The translations under genes and the position numbers were made by a program. DNA of 64,000 bases from Anaeramoeba ignava BMAN (taxonomy: Eukaryota; Protista; Anaeramoebae): positions 124,001 to 188,000 of the forward strand of contig JAPDFW010000096.1 of NCBI GenBank assembly GCA_028826165.1. Direction: 5' to 3'. The notes under the pieces were generated by a model. The model worked only from the letters and a program-made list of their open reading frames with translations, did not search any database and was not told the DNA's origin. Below are positions 12,648 to 26,900 of this stretch, piece by piece. How positions within the stretch are numbered: the first letter of the stretch is position 1; every line of letters starts with the position of its first letter.

Positions 12648-15600
12648 ATGGAAAATCAAGAAATAAAACAAAAACCAATTGTTATTGATAATGTATTCAA
12701 ATTCCACTCTAAATTAAAATTTAAAATTAAAATTTAAATTGAAATTAAAATTAAAATTTAAATTAAAATTGAAAATTAAAATTGAAAATTGAAATTGAAA
12801 ATTAAAATTTAAATTGAATAAAATGCTAATTAAAAAAATCAGGGTTCTGGAATGATAAAAGCAGGATTTGCTGGTGATGATTTACCTACTTGCATTTTTC
12901 CATCAATGTATTAATTCAATCAACAATTAATTAATTAAGAAAAATTGAGAAAAATTCAAAAAAAATTAATTGAAAAAAAAAAATTTTCATTTTCAAAAAA
13001 TAATTTCAAAAAAAAATATTCAATCATTTAATAATATAATATCTAACTACACTTATAAATAAGTGTTGGAAAAGTCAAACACCAAAAAGTTATGGTTGGA
13101 GGTATACAAAACAATCTCTATATTGGTAATTCAGCTGAAGAATTTCGAGGATTATTGAAGTTACATTATCCAATTGAACACGGAATTGTCACAAATTGGA
13201 ATGAAATGGAGATGATTTGGAACCACGTTTATTCAGAACTTAATGTCAAGTCACAAGAAGTGTGTGAAAGATTGATTTTTCATAATTTCATTCTTGATTT
13301 ATTCAATACTAAATTTATTCAAAATTAAATGTGATTTTTTATTTAAATATTTTTAAAGCATCCGGTTTTACTTACTGAAGCCCCAATGAATCCAAAGAAA
13401 AATCGAGAGAAAGCAATTGAAATATTCTTTGAAACATATGGAGTTCCTTCATTTTATATTGCAATACAAGCTGTTATGGCACTTTATTCTTCAGGAAGAA
13501 CAACTGGTTTGATTTATTTTTAATTCATTTATTTCAATTTAATTTATTTTATTTTTTTAATTAAATTTATTTAATTTTTAGGTGTTGTTGTTGATAGTGG
13601 AGATGGTGTTACTCATATTGTTCCTGTTTATGAAGGCAAATTTCCAACTTATTTTAACTATTTTTAATCATAATCTATAACTGACTCTGAGAATTATTTA
13701 TAAACCAATTTATAAAATAATTTATATAATAATTTATATAATAATTTATCAAATAATTTATATAATAATTAATCAAATAATTTATATAATAATTTATATA
13801 ATAATTATATATAAAATAATTTATATAATAATTTATATAATAATTTTATATAATAATAATAATTTATATAATAAATAATATATATAATAATTTATATAAT
13901 AATATAATATAATAATTTTATATAATAATTTTATAATAATTTTATATAATTATTTATATAATTTATAAAATAATTTATTTAATAATTTATATATAATAAT
14001 TTATATAATAATTTATAATAATTTATAATTTAATAATTTATAATAATTTAAATAATTTAATATAAAATAATTTATATAATAATAATATATAAAATAATTT
14101 ATATATAATAATTTATAAAATAATTTATATAATAATTTATATATTTAATAATTTATATAATAATTTTTATATAAAATAATTTATAAAAATTTATTTATAA
14201 TAATTTATATAATAATTTATCAAATAATTTTATATAAAATAATTTATATAATAATTTATATAATAATTTATATATAATAATTTATAAAATAAATTTAATT
14301 TATAATAATTTATATAATAATTTATATTTATAATAATTTATAAAATATTTATCAAATAATATAATAATTTATATAATAATTTATATAATTTATATAATAA
14401 ATTAATTTATATAATAAAATATATAATAATTTTATAATAATTTATATAATAATTTAATTATAATAATTTAATAATAATTTATTAATAATTTAATAATTTA
14501 TATAATAATTTATATATAATAATTTATATAATAATTTATAAATAATTTATATAATAATTTATATATAATAATTTATATAATAATTTATAATAATTTAATT
14601 TATAAAATAATAATAATTTATATAAATAATTTATATAATAATTTTATAATAATAAATAATTTATAAAATAATTATATAATAATTTATATAATTTATATAA
14701 TAAATATAAATAATTTATAAAATAATATATATAATAATATTTATATAATAATTTATATAATAATAATTTATATAATATATAATAATTTTTATATAATAAT
14801 TTTTTATAATTTAATAATTTATTTAATAATTTATTTAATAATTTTTAATTTATATAATATATAATAATTTATATAATAATTAATTAATTTATATAATATA
14901 TAATAATTTATAAAAATTTTAATATAATAATTTATCAAATAATTTATAAAAATAATAATTTATATAATAATAATAATTATAATATAATAATTTATTTAAT
15001 ATAATAATTTATCAAATAAATAATAATTTTTATAAAATAATTTATATATAATAAATAAATTATATATAATAATTTATATAATAATTTATATAATAATTTA
15101 TAAAATAATTTAAATAATTTATTAAAATAAATTTATATAATAATTTTAAACTGGTTCGGGGAATTTATATAATAATTTATATAATTTATAAAATAATTTA
15201 TAATAATTTATATAATAATTTATATAATAATTTATAATTTAATAATAATTTTATAATAATTTATATAATAATTTTAAAATAATAATTTATATAATAATAA
15301 TTTATATAATAATTTTATAATAATAATATTTATATAATAATTTATAATTTATATAATAATTTTATAATAATAATTTATAATAATTTATATAATAATTTTT
15401 AATAATATAATAATTTATAATTAAAATAATTTATCAAATAATTTTATATAATAATTTAATAATTTATTTAATAATTTATATAATAATTTATATAATAATT
15501 TTATAATAATTTATATTAATAATTTATATAATAATTTATATAATAATTTATAAACAATAATTTATATAATATTTTAATAATTTATAAAAAATTTTTAATT

Positions 15601-16695
15601 TATATAATAAATAATTTATATAATAATTTATATAATAATTTATATAATTTTATAAAATAATTTATCAAATAATTTTTATAATAAATAATTAATTTATAAT
15701 TTATAAAATAATTTATATAATAAAATAATTTATATAATAATTTATATAATAATTTATATAATAATTTATATAATAATTTATATAATAATTTATATAATAA
15801 TTTATATAATAATTTATATAATAATTTATATAATAATTTATATAATAATTTATATAATAATTTATTTAATAAAAACAGGATTTTCTCTTCCTCAATCAAT
15901 TTCAAGAATAAATCTTGCAGGAAGAAATATTACTAAATATCTTCAATTATTACTTCGAAAATCAGGATATTCATTTATTACTTCAGCAGAATTTGAAATT
16001 GTCAGAAATATTAAAGAACAAAGTTGTGAATTGGCACAAGTATTTTTCAAAGATCAAACAGAAGAATTCGAAAAATCAATACAACCAATACAATATCAAC
16101 TTCCTGATAAAACAGAAATACAAGTAAACAAGAGGAAAAAAACGTTTATAATATTTATAATATTTATATTTAAATTGATATTTAATTTGAAATTTAAATT
16201 TTTTAATTTAAGATTGGAAGAGAAAGATTTCAAGCTCCAGAAATTCTTTTCAGACCAGAAATAATTGGCTTAGATTATCAAGGAATCCACGAAAATTTAG
16301 TCAATTCAATCCAAAAAACAGATGTTGATCTTCGATCAAGATTGTATCAAAATATTATTCTTTCTGGAGGAACAACAATGATTCCTCAATTTGGAAATCG
16401 TTTACTAATGGAAACTAAAAATATTGCTCCAAAAGATATTAATATTCGGTAATTTTATTCATTTTATATTTAACAAAAAAAAATAATTAAAAAACTGACA
16501 CTTTTTTTTTCATCTTTTTTTTTGGATTGAAATATTAATAATATTAATAGAATTATTGCTCCTCCTGAAAGAAAATTCTCTATTTGGATTGGTGGTTCAA
16601 TTTTGGCTTCTGTTTCCTATTTTCAAAAAATGTGGATATCAATGAATGAATATGATGAAACTGGAGTTTCAATTATTCATAAGAAATGTTTTTAA
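12648..16695 (+). CDS. ACTR1: actin-related protein 1 (centractin, dynactin filament subunit), 8 exons
   Basis: The reconstructed exons give PIVIDN|[40 protein letters not shown]|[76 protein letters not shown] and LLLRK are Arp1-type signatures. Confidence 0.9.
13636..15878 (+). other. 2243-nt GC-AG intron filled with an (ATATAATAATTT)n-like satellite
   Basis: The junction GAA G|gcaaat...aaacag|GA TTT restores the conserved PVYEGF. No GT is available at the homologous position. Confidence 0.75.
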
Positions 16696-16846
16696 GAAGA
16701 AACGAAAAAACAACACTTTTTTTTCTACTCATTTTAAAACAAATTTTCTTAACTTTTTTTTTCTTCTTTTTTTTTTTCATTCCACTTTTTTTTTTCCCTT
16801 TTCAAAAATAAAAAATTTTTTCTTTTTTTTTTTCATTTTTCATTTT

Positions 16847-19800
16847 TCAATCCAAAAATTTAAATACTCTTAAAAAAGGATTATCAGTTGAATTTTGTTT
16901 TGATATTTTTGCTTTTTTCAAATTTGAAAATGAAAAAGAATGAGGAAATTCATGAGAAATAAAAAGAGTTTTGATTTGATTTTTTTGGATTTGAAAAGAT
17001 TGATTTGATTCCTTTTTTTCTGTTTCCGAATCAGTTTCATCATCCCAATCAAAATTTTCCTCAAAACTCAAATTAGATTCATCATTTGAATCAGATTCAA
17101 AATTTTCACTTTTTGGAATTTTGTTTGATTTTTGTTTTTCATCTTCGTTATTATTTTCCTGTTTATTTTGAGTCATTTCTTTCTTGTTTTTTGCTGATTC
17201 AAATATATTTTCTTTGGAATCATTTGTTTGATTAATTTTTCTTTTTTCAAAAATAGAAGGTTTTTGAAGAATATTATCAGTTGAAGTTGAAGTTGAAGTT
17301 GAAGTTGAAAATAAAGAAAGTGTTTTCCCTCTTTCTTTTCGGAATTTTTTGAAAGTTAACCAATTTGTATTATTTTGAATTGAATTTTCACTATCGAATT
17401 CTGTTATATTTTGTGCTTCTTCCATTTTTTCAGTTTGACGATCAACGATAATTGGTTCTCTTTCACTAAAAATTGCGTTGTGAATTTTTTTATGTCTTCT
17501 TGACTTCTTTTCTTTAATTGGTTGAGTATTTGCATTTTTTATTGGTTTGGGATAACTGGGTTTGTTTGGTGAATTTTCTTTAAAATCATCAAGAGCAAAA
17601 TCATCTTTAATTTCTCCAAATTGTTTTTTTGTTTGTTTTAAATTTTCAGTTGAAGTTTCAGAATTTTCATTTAAAGTTTCAGTTGAATTTTCATTTTGAT
17701 TTTCAGTTGAATTTTCATTTTCATTTTGATTTTGATTTTGATTTTGATTTTGATTTTGATTTTGATTTTGATTTTGATTTTGATTTAAATTTTCTTTTGA
17801 ATTTTTGGATTGGTTAAATGTCATATTTTTATCTCCTTTTGTTCCTTTTGAAAATAAATTTGCAAATAATTTCTTTTCTGTTTTTTCTCCTGAAAAAATT
17901 CTTTCTTCAAATCTAGTGTTTTCAACTTGTCCTGTATTATATTTGTCTTCTAAAGTATCTCTCCAAATTGCAAAAGCTTGTGTATTTCTAAAAGCTTCCA
18001 AAAACTAAGAAAAAAAGAATTTAAAAGAACAAATTTTGATTTTAATTTTTATTTTGATTTTAATTTTGATTTTGATTTTTAATTTTAATTTTTATTTTGA
18101 TTTTCAGTTGAATTTTCATTTTGATTTTGATTTTAATTTTGATTTTTAGTTTGATTTAGATTTTGATTTTGATTTTTAATTTTGATTTTGATTTTGATTT
18201 TGATTTTGATTTTTATTTTAATTTTGATTTTAATTTAGATTTTAATTTAGATTTTGATTTTGATTTAGATTTTGATTTTAATTTTAATTTTAAATTAAAT
18301 TTTGATTTTGATTTTGATTTTTATTTTGATTTTAATTTTTAATTTAGATTTTGATTTTGATTTTAAATTAAATTTTGATTTTGATTTTTATTTTAATTTT
18401 AATTTTTACTTTTCTAGTTGATTTTGTTTTTGAAGAACTAAAAGATTCAAAATCAAATATATATCTTTTGGTTTCTGGATCTTCAATAAAAAAAGAATAA
18501 TAATCTCCAAATATTTTGATAAAAAATGAAAGAGAATGTTCAGCAATTTCTTCATTATTCCAGATTTTAGTTTCTTTTAAATTTTAAATGATTTTAAATT
18601 GATTTTAAATTGAATTTTGATTTTAAATTGAATTTTGATTTTGAAATTTCCAAAAAAATACTTTCAAAAACTTTTCTTATTTTTTGGAAAGAATTAATTA
18701 ATTGATTAACTCTTCTCGAAGGAAATAAATTTATGTCTGCAGGGTCGAATTCAAGTGTTTGTTTATCCAAATTAATATAAACAATTCTTTCTGTTGGAAG
18801 TTTTCTGATCTTCAAAGAAGTTGGTTCTTGAACACCTAATATAAAAGGAACAGGCGCACAAGCTGTATCAATAACTTGTACTGGTAAAATTGGAATGCAA
18901 GTATGCTAATCATTTTTGTTTTTGAAAATGTAAATTTTTTTAATCCAAAAAAATCAAAATTCAAATTATAATTCCAAAAATTAATGGAATTGTTTTTTTT
19001 CCACAATTAAATTATAAATATTTTGAAACAAATTCCACAAAACATACAAGCCATTCAAACGGACGAATCAACATGAGATAAAGTTGTATAGTATTTGTTA
19101 ATAATTCAAGACTGTTTGAAATAAAAATGATTTTTTTTTCAAGAAGAATTAACATCATAATATAAACAATAAATTTTGAATTTAAAGCTTCAAATAAATG
19201 ATGGACAAAAAACTAAATAAGAGAAGATCAGTAAAAGATAACAGGAGAAAAAAACAAAGAACATTTTCACTTACATCGCCTAATAAATCACCCTCTGGTC
19301 TTGTAAAACTAAAGTCTTCATCAAAATGTTGTCCTGGTGTAGGAATTGAAAATGATATGGATTCCCCTCTTTCAGGAGTCTCTTCATTCCATAATTTCTT
19401 AATAAAACTTATTAAAGACTTTAGGCTGATTCTTCTTCTATATTCCAATGTTAATAAAATCTTCTCCATAAAAGTAAAAAGTGGACTTAATTTTTTATAA
19501 AACATTGTTTTTTTTGATCAATAATTTAAAATTAATTTTGTTGAAAAATCCCTTTAATTTTATTTGCAATTTGTTTTTTATTTTGTGTTTGTTTTGTTTA
19601 CTTTTTTGTTATTAATACAAGACATTCTGGATCAAGACCTTTTCTAAAAATTCTCCTACACATTGCATAATCACGAGTTCCATCAGATTCTGTGATTATA
19701 AAAGAAAAACTTTCACTAAAATAATAATTTTAAATTCAAAATGAATTTTAATTTTAAATTTAATTTTAATTTTAATTTTAAATTCAAAATGAATTATAAT

Positions 19801-20223
19801 TTTAAATTCAAAATGAATTATAATTTTAATTTTAAATTCAAAATGAATTATAATTTTAATTTTAAATTCAAAATGAATTATAATTTTAAATTCAAAATGA
19901 ATTTTAATTTTAAATTCAAAATGAATTTTAATTTTAATTTGAAATTCAAAATGAATTTTAATTTTAAATTTTAATTTTAATTTTAATTTTAAATTTTAAT
20001 TTTAATTTTAATTATAATTTTAAATTGAATTTTACGAAAAAGATTTATCGTCTTTAATAATATCATCTATTGTTGGAAAACAAAACATTTTCACACTTTG
20101 TCCAAGATCATCTCTTGGTGAAGTTGGAAAGCATATCGTGATTGATAATGCATTCTCATTACTTACATTAAAGTTTCTTTTAAGAAATTTAATTATATAA
20201 AATGTTGTAAAAATTTTATTCAT
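16847..20223 (-). CDS. DENN domain protein (putative Rab GEF), multi-exon, with a low-complexity C-terminus
   Basis: uDENN motifs (VKMFCFP, ESFSFIITESDGTRDYAMCRR), cDENN motifs (LLEKKIIFIS, IRPFEW, CAPVPFILG) and dDENN motif (FLEAFRNTQAF). One apparent 1-nt deletion lies near 19075-19085. Confidence 0.85.
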
Positions 20224-20340
20224 TTTGTTTTATTTGATTTGTTTCAAAAAAAAATGAAAAGAAAAAAATGATTTTGAAAAAAATAATTTTGTTTTTAAAA
20301 AAAAAATTTGAAGTTCAATTTGATTGAATGTTTGTAATAA

Positions 20341-23300
20341 TTATTTTTCTTTTTTTTCTTCTTCTTCTTTTTCTTGTTTTTCTTCTTCTTGTTTTTCTTC
20401 TAAAAAATAAAAAATAAAAAAAAAATAAAAAATAAAAAAAATTTTTTTTTCAGTCCAAAAAAAAGTTCTTAATTTTTAATTTGGAAAAAAAAATTTAAAC
20501 AAATCAAACTTACTATAAGATTCCTTAACAACTGCTGTAGCAATTCCCCTTTTTGTTAAAGAACTTAAATTCCCAACTGTTTGAGTAACATCTTGAGCAA
20601 CTTCACCTCCTCTTCTTGAAAAATTTGCTGCTTCTTCTCCGTATTTATGACCAACAACTGTTGATACTGAATCTGATGTTGATTTCACAATTTCTTTTCC
20701 TGATTGAATAATTCCATCAAAAATATTCAAACCTGCATCAATAGTTGATATTCCAATTTCTTTGACTGCTTTCATTTTGGGTCCACTTGTGTTTTCTTTC
20801 AGTTTCTGCCCCACATTTGTTTTTTTTATTAAAGTATTTGCTCCTTTTTGATTTATATATTAATTTTGATTTTGATTTTAATTTATATATTAATTTTGAT
20901 TTTGATATTGATTTTAATTTTAATTTTGATTTTGATTTTAATTTATATATTAATTTAAATATTAATTTTGATTTTGAATTTAATTTTGATTTTAATTTTG
21001 ATTTATTTTGATTTTGATTTTGATTTTGATTTTAATTTTGAATTTGAATTTGATTTTGATTTTGATTTAAACCTTTTCCAGCATATCGAGCTGTTTCAAC
21101 AGCACCTTTTAAAAGTAATGTAGAAACTTCCACAATTCCACCAGAAATAGCTTTAGTTGTTTCCATTCTTTGTTTTGTTTTTTCACTTGGTTTCCATTCT
21201 TTTTCATTCTTTTTAATTTTTGTTGTTAATTTTTCTCCACCTCTAATATTTATAATATTTTGAATATTTTGAATATTTTGAATATATTGAATATATTGAA
21301 TATTTTTAATATTTTGATTATTTTGAATATTTTGGATATTTTGAATATTTTTATTATTTTGAATATTTTGAATATTTTGAATATTTATAATATTTTTAAT
21401 ATATTGAATATTTTGAATATATTGAATATTTTTAATATTTTGAATATATTGAATATTTTGAATATTTTGAATATTTATAATATTTATAATATTTTGAATA
21501 TTTTGGATATTTTGAATATTTTGAATATATTGGATATTTTTAATATTTTGGATATTTATATTATTTATAATATTTTTATTATTTATAATATTTTTGAATA
21601 TATTGGATATATTGAATATTTTGATTATTTTTGAATATTTTGATTATTTTGAATATTTTGAATATTTTGAATATATTGAATATTTTGATTATTTTGATTA
21701 TTTTTAATATTTTGAATATATTGAATATATTGAATATTTTGAATATTTTGATTATATTGATTATATTGAATATTTTGATTATTTTGAATATTTTGAATAT
21801 TTTGAATATTTATAATATTTTTAATATATTGAATATTTTGATTATATTGATTATTTTTATTATTTTGAATATTTTGAATATTTTGAATATTTTTAATATT
21901 TTGAATATTTTGAATATATTGAATATTTTGAATATATTAGATATTTTGAATATTTTGAATATTTTGAATATTTTGAATATATTGATTATTTTGAATATTT
22001 TGAATATTTTGATTATATTGAATATTTTGAATATATTGAATATATTGAATATTTTGAATATTTTGATTATTTTGAATATATTGGATATTTTGAATATATT
22101 GGATATTTTGAATATATTGGATATTTTGAATATTTTGAATATTTTTAATATTTTGGATATTTTGAATATTTTGGATATTTTGAATATTTTGATTATTTTG
22201 AATATTTTGAATATTTTGAATATTTTGAATATTTTGGATATTTTGAATATATTGATTATTTTGAATATATTGAATATTTTGAATATTTTGAATATTTTGA
22301 ATATTTATAATATTTATAATATTTTGAATATTTTGATTATTTATAATATTTTGAATATTTTTTAATAAATACTTTCGAATTAAATTTCCTCCTTTTTTTG
22401 CACCACTCACAAGCATTTTAGAAACAAATGCACCACCTTTTCTAATTTTATTGCCTATGATAGGACCCATTGGATGAATTGATTCATCAAATTCTAATTG
22501 ATCCTCTTTTTTGATTTCTTGATTTGAAGTGATTTGACTTGGTTTTTCTGTTTGAAATTCTTCAACCATTTTCTCTTCTTCAAGTTGATTTAAATAATCT
22601 TCATAATAAACTTGGTCTTCATCACTTTCACTATCTTTTGTTGGTTTTGTGTGCTTTTTTCTATGCTTTGTTTTTGTTTCTGGTTTTTTTGTTTCTTCTT
22701 TTGGATTTTGATTAGTTTCTTGATCTTCATTTTCATCTTCATCATCAACACTCCAAAATTCTGTGAGTTCATATAAAAAAGTTTCAAAAAGATCAACAGA
22801 ATCTTCATCAATATTTCTAATTGGAAAATAATTTATATTTTTATTTAATTTTAATTTGTGATCAAAAATGAATTCAAATTAGATCAAAAATAATTTATAT
22901 TTTTAATTAATTTTAATTTTAAATTGTATTTTAATTTATATTTTTAAATTAAATTTAAAATTGGATCATGAAACGTCATCGATAAATTATATTTTTGAAT
23001 TGATTTAAATTTGGATAATGAAAATTTTAAAAATAATTTTAATCTTTAATTGTGATCAAAAATGAACTTAAATTAGATCAAAAATAATTTATATTTTTAA
23101 ATTGAATAATTTTAAATTGTATTTTAAATTGTATTTTTAATTGATTTTAATTTTAAATTGTATTTAAATTATATTTTTAAATTGATTTAAATTTGGATAA
23201 TGAAAATTTTAAAAATAATTTTAATTTTTAATTGTGATCAAAAATGAACTTAATTTAGATCAAAAATAATTTATATTTTTAAATTGGAAATGAAACGTTT

Positions 23301-23848
23301 TAAATTTGGATAATGAAAATTTAAAAATAATTTTAATCTTAATTGTGATCAAAAATGAACTCAAATTAGATCAAAAATAATTTATATTTTTAATTTGAAT
23401 AATTTTTAATTGTATTTTAAATTATATTTTTAAATTGATTTAAATTTGGATAATGAAAATTTTAAAATAATTTTATTTTTAATTTGTGATCAAAAATGAA
23501 CTCAAATTAGATCAAAAATAAATTATATTTTTAAATTAATTAATTTTAATTTTAAATTGTAATTTACTTTGGAAGTAAAATTCCTGCAAACTCATTTTCA
23601 TTCAAAGGAAAAGCATAACTTAAAGGAGCAACTTTCATAAAAGATTTGGTTTTCAATAAAGGAGAAACAATTTCATTAATTTTTAAAAGCATTATTTCAT
23701 GTTGTTCATAAAGAGCTTTAAGTATTTGAAGTTTTCCTTGAGTCAAAATTTGTTTTGAATTATCATTGATTTTTCTCACAATAACATTATCAATTTCAAA
23801 AATAAGAGTCGCATTAATTGTTTGTTGTGTTTGTTTTTGATTTTGCAT
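20341..23848 (-). CDS. spartin/senescence-domain protein (SPG20/ERD7-like), 5 exons
   Basis: Senescence-domain hallmark VSTVVGHKYGEEAA; IGNKIRKGGAFVSKMLVSGA; an N-terminal beta-rich region. Introns at 23567-22817, 22372-21243, about 21072-20846 and about 20513-20400. Confidence 0.8.
21243..22372 (-). repeat. intronic 9-bp satellite (CAAAATATT)n filling spartin intron 2
   Basis: Tandem 9-mer variants run from donor to acceptor and explain the spurious (LNI)n/(QNI)n ORFs. Confidence 0.9.
22855..23535. repeat. five copies of a ~45-bp element TGTGATCAAAAATGAA(C/T)T(C/T)AA(A/T)TTAGATCAAAAATAATTTATATTTT in spartin intron 1
   Basis: Copies near 22857, 23051, 23233, 23344 and 23485, with variable AT-rich spacers, most of which share TTGGATAATGAAA. 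Confidence 0.85.
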
Positions 23849-23912
23849 TTAAAAAAAAAAATCAAGAAAAGGAAAAAAAAAATGAAAAATTTTTTCAATT
23901 CATTTTTCTTTT
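23849..23912. promoter_or_regulatory. 64-bp bidirectional promoter (spartin-like / GEMIN5) with one TCATTT initiator-like motif on each strand
   Basis: AAATGA near 23880 (minus-strand TCATTT) and TTCATTTTT near 23899 (plus strand), between divergent ATGs. Confidence 0.6.
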
Positions 23913-26900
23913 ATGATTCCTTCTTCACCTATTTGGTATTTTACTCAGTCTTCTGACTATGGAATCAATAACGATTTATTTGCATATGCAACTCAAAATT
24001 ATGTTTTCATTTTAAATACAAAATCCAAATCAATAATAGGCCAACTTAATGGTCATAAATCAAAAGTAACTTCAGTTGCATTTTCCCAGAGCAAAAATAT
24101 GAATTATATCATCGCTAGCGGTTCCGAAGACAGAAACATTAAGGTCTGGGACGTTAAAACTTTCTCGGAAATTTCCTCTCATTCAAAACATAATTCAACC
24201 ATCTCTTGCATTTCATTCTCAAAATTGAAATATGACCTATTAATATCAGCAGATTTTCGAGGTTTTATTGTTTCGTGGTTTTGGAGCCAAGACAAAATAC
24301 AAAAATTTCAACCGCTTAAAATGAAAATTCTCTGCTTATCTTGCTCTCCTTTTAATCCCAATCATGTTGCTGTTGGCTATGAAAAGGGCTCCATATTGAT
24401 TATAGATATTTTCGAATGCAAAATCATTTTGAATCTCACAGGCCATCTTCATGATGTTCTTTCTCTTGACTGGTTCAGACCCCCTTTTGATAAAGCACAA
24501 ACAAATAAAACCTCACATGAGATCTTGCTCTCTTCTTCTAAAGATAAAACACTTCGTATATGGGACTTAAAAACTGGGCAAACTTTGAAGATTTTGTCTG
24601 TTCCAAAAACAAATCAATCAAAATCAAAAATTAATGAAAATATTTGGATCATTTCAAAATGGGTTTTATTTAAAACCGAAATCAAAATTATCTTCACTTC
24701 CATTAATGGCGAATTGGTTCTTTGGGATCTTACAAATGATCCTATTGCCAAAATCCTTCTAGATCCTGATCAAGATCAAGCAAACCCAAAAAATATTCAA
24801 CCAAAAACCCAAAAAAGAAAAAAAAGAAAAAAAGGAAAAAAAACAAATCAATCGTTTTTCCGATTTAATCAAAATCCATTAAGATTGATTTTTAACATCC
24901 AATTGGTTAATAACGACTCAGAACTTAAAGAATTCATTACAACGTCTCTCGACAGAAAAATAACATTTTGGAGCTTTGCTTCAAATACAAAATTGTGGGA
25001 AATAACAGCGTTAACTTCATATCCAACATCTCTTGATGGCTCTCCTTTGAACCCAGCAAATTTGGCAATTGGGTGTGGTGAGACAATCCAAATATGGAAA
25101 ACAGGCAATTTTGATCAACCCTTTGATTCTCGAACATTTTGGAAAGGAATCACTTCCAGAATTTCTTGTTTGAATTGGTCTTTTCGTGAGGAGAATATCC
25201 TTGCTTTTGGAAATTATGCAGGCGGTTTGGGTATTCTTAATATAAAAACTGGGAAAGTTGTTCAATTTGCTTCTGTTAATCAAAATCAAATTAAACAAAT
25301 GCAATGGATTGAATTAACAAAATCAAAAAAATCAAAAGAAAAAGTGGATCAAGAAATTAATCAAGAAGTTCTTAAAAAATTAATGATTTTTATTTTGGAT
25401 TCAAATGGAAATTTTTATCAGTCAGATCCTAAACAGCCAAAATTAAAACCTCAAAATGTTATTTTTGATTTACCAAAAAATGAAAATTTAAATGAAAATT
25501 TAAATCAAATTGAAAATGAAAATAAAAATCAAAATCAAAATCAAATTGAGATTGAAATTAAAAATTTAAATCAAATTGAAATTGAAAATTTAAATGAAAA
25601 TCAAAATGAAAATCAAAATGAAAATCAAAATTTAAATCAAAATCAAAATCAAAATCAAAATGAAAATCAAAATGAAAATCAAAATGAAAATCAAAATGAA
25701 AATCAAAATCAAAATCAATATCAAAATCAAATTCAAAATCAAAATCAAAATCAAAATGAAAATCAATATCAAAAAAAAAATCCAATCTGTTTCCATTGGA
25801 ATGACACCTTTGAAACACTTTCAATTGGAAATAAAGATGGATCTATTGATTTTTTTTCATTAAAAAATTCAGAAGAGGATATTCCCAAAAAAAATAGTAA
25901 ATCAGAAAAGGAAAATGAACTACATTTAGAATATTTATTCAATTTGCATTATCATTCTGATTCAATTCTTTCTGTGAAATGGCAAAAAACAATTTTTGGA
26001 AGGAATTTATTAGCAAGTGCATCTAGTGATTGCACAATCCAAATTTATAACATTGAAACAAAAGAACGCATATTGATTCTTAAAGGACATACTAAGGAAG
26101 TAACTGATCTTTGTTGGAGTCCACATGATTCCAATCTTTTAGCCTCAATATCTGCAGATGGAACAGCCCAAGTATGGAATATAGAGAATGAAAATCCAAG
26201 AGCAATTTCCAATTATAGAGACCATACAAAACCTTGCAAATGTATTTTTTGGAGCGAAACTAATTTGGATTTTATTTTTACTGGTTCAGATGATCAAACC
26301 GTTAGAATGTGGAATTATCAAATGCAAAAATTCGAAAAGCCTCCAAATATTCAAGTTGTTTCAAATGAACAAAAAATCGACAGTTGTGAGAAAATTGAAG
26401 AAAAAATGATTGATTTATTAGCAGAATCAAATGAGATGCATGAAGAGGAAAACAAATCAAAACAAGTCACCAAAAAAAGAAAATCTAAATCAAAAAGAAA
26501 AAAGAAAGCAAGTAACGAAAATGTGGAACAAAAAATATTTCTTACAGTTTCAAATACAAACGATATAGATTCTCGAGAAAAGTATGGAAATGCTTGTATA
26601 AATTTGGCAAAGATGTTATATTTAAATGAAAATGAAAATGAAAATGAAAATGAAATTAAAAAATCTAAATTTAATATCCCTTTATTTCTTCAAGAAAAAA
26701 ATGATCCAAATAAATATCATTTGCACAAATTATTCAATCATGAAATCAAACAAGATTCAACCCAAAAAGAATTCAATAATGAATTTGTTGTGAATTTTTG
26801 GAGATCAGAATTCGGGAAAATATTTGAAAAAGTAAATGATAATGGGATGCAAACAAATATTAATCAAAATAACTTAAACAATCACATTTTAGCACTTTCG

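Noticed and set aside
12648-16695. Conventional actin
   Set aside because: Arp1-type residues ([27 protein letters not shown]) and low similarity to the actin consensus.
21260-22365. Long (LNI)n / (QNI)n ORFs
   Set aside because: They are translations of a 9-bp satellite lying wholly within a GT-AG intron of the spartin-like gene.
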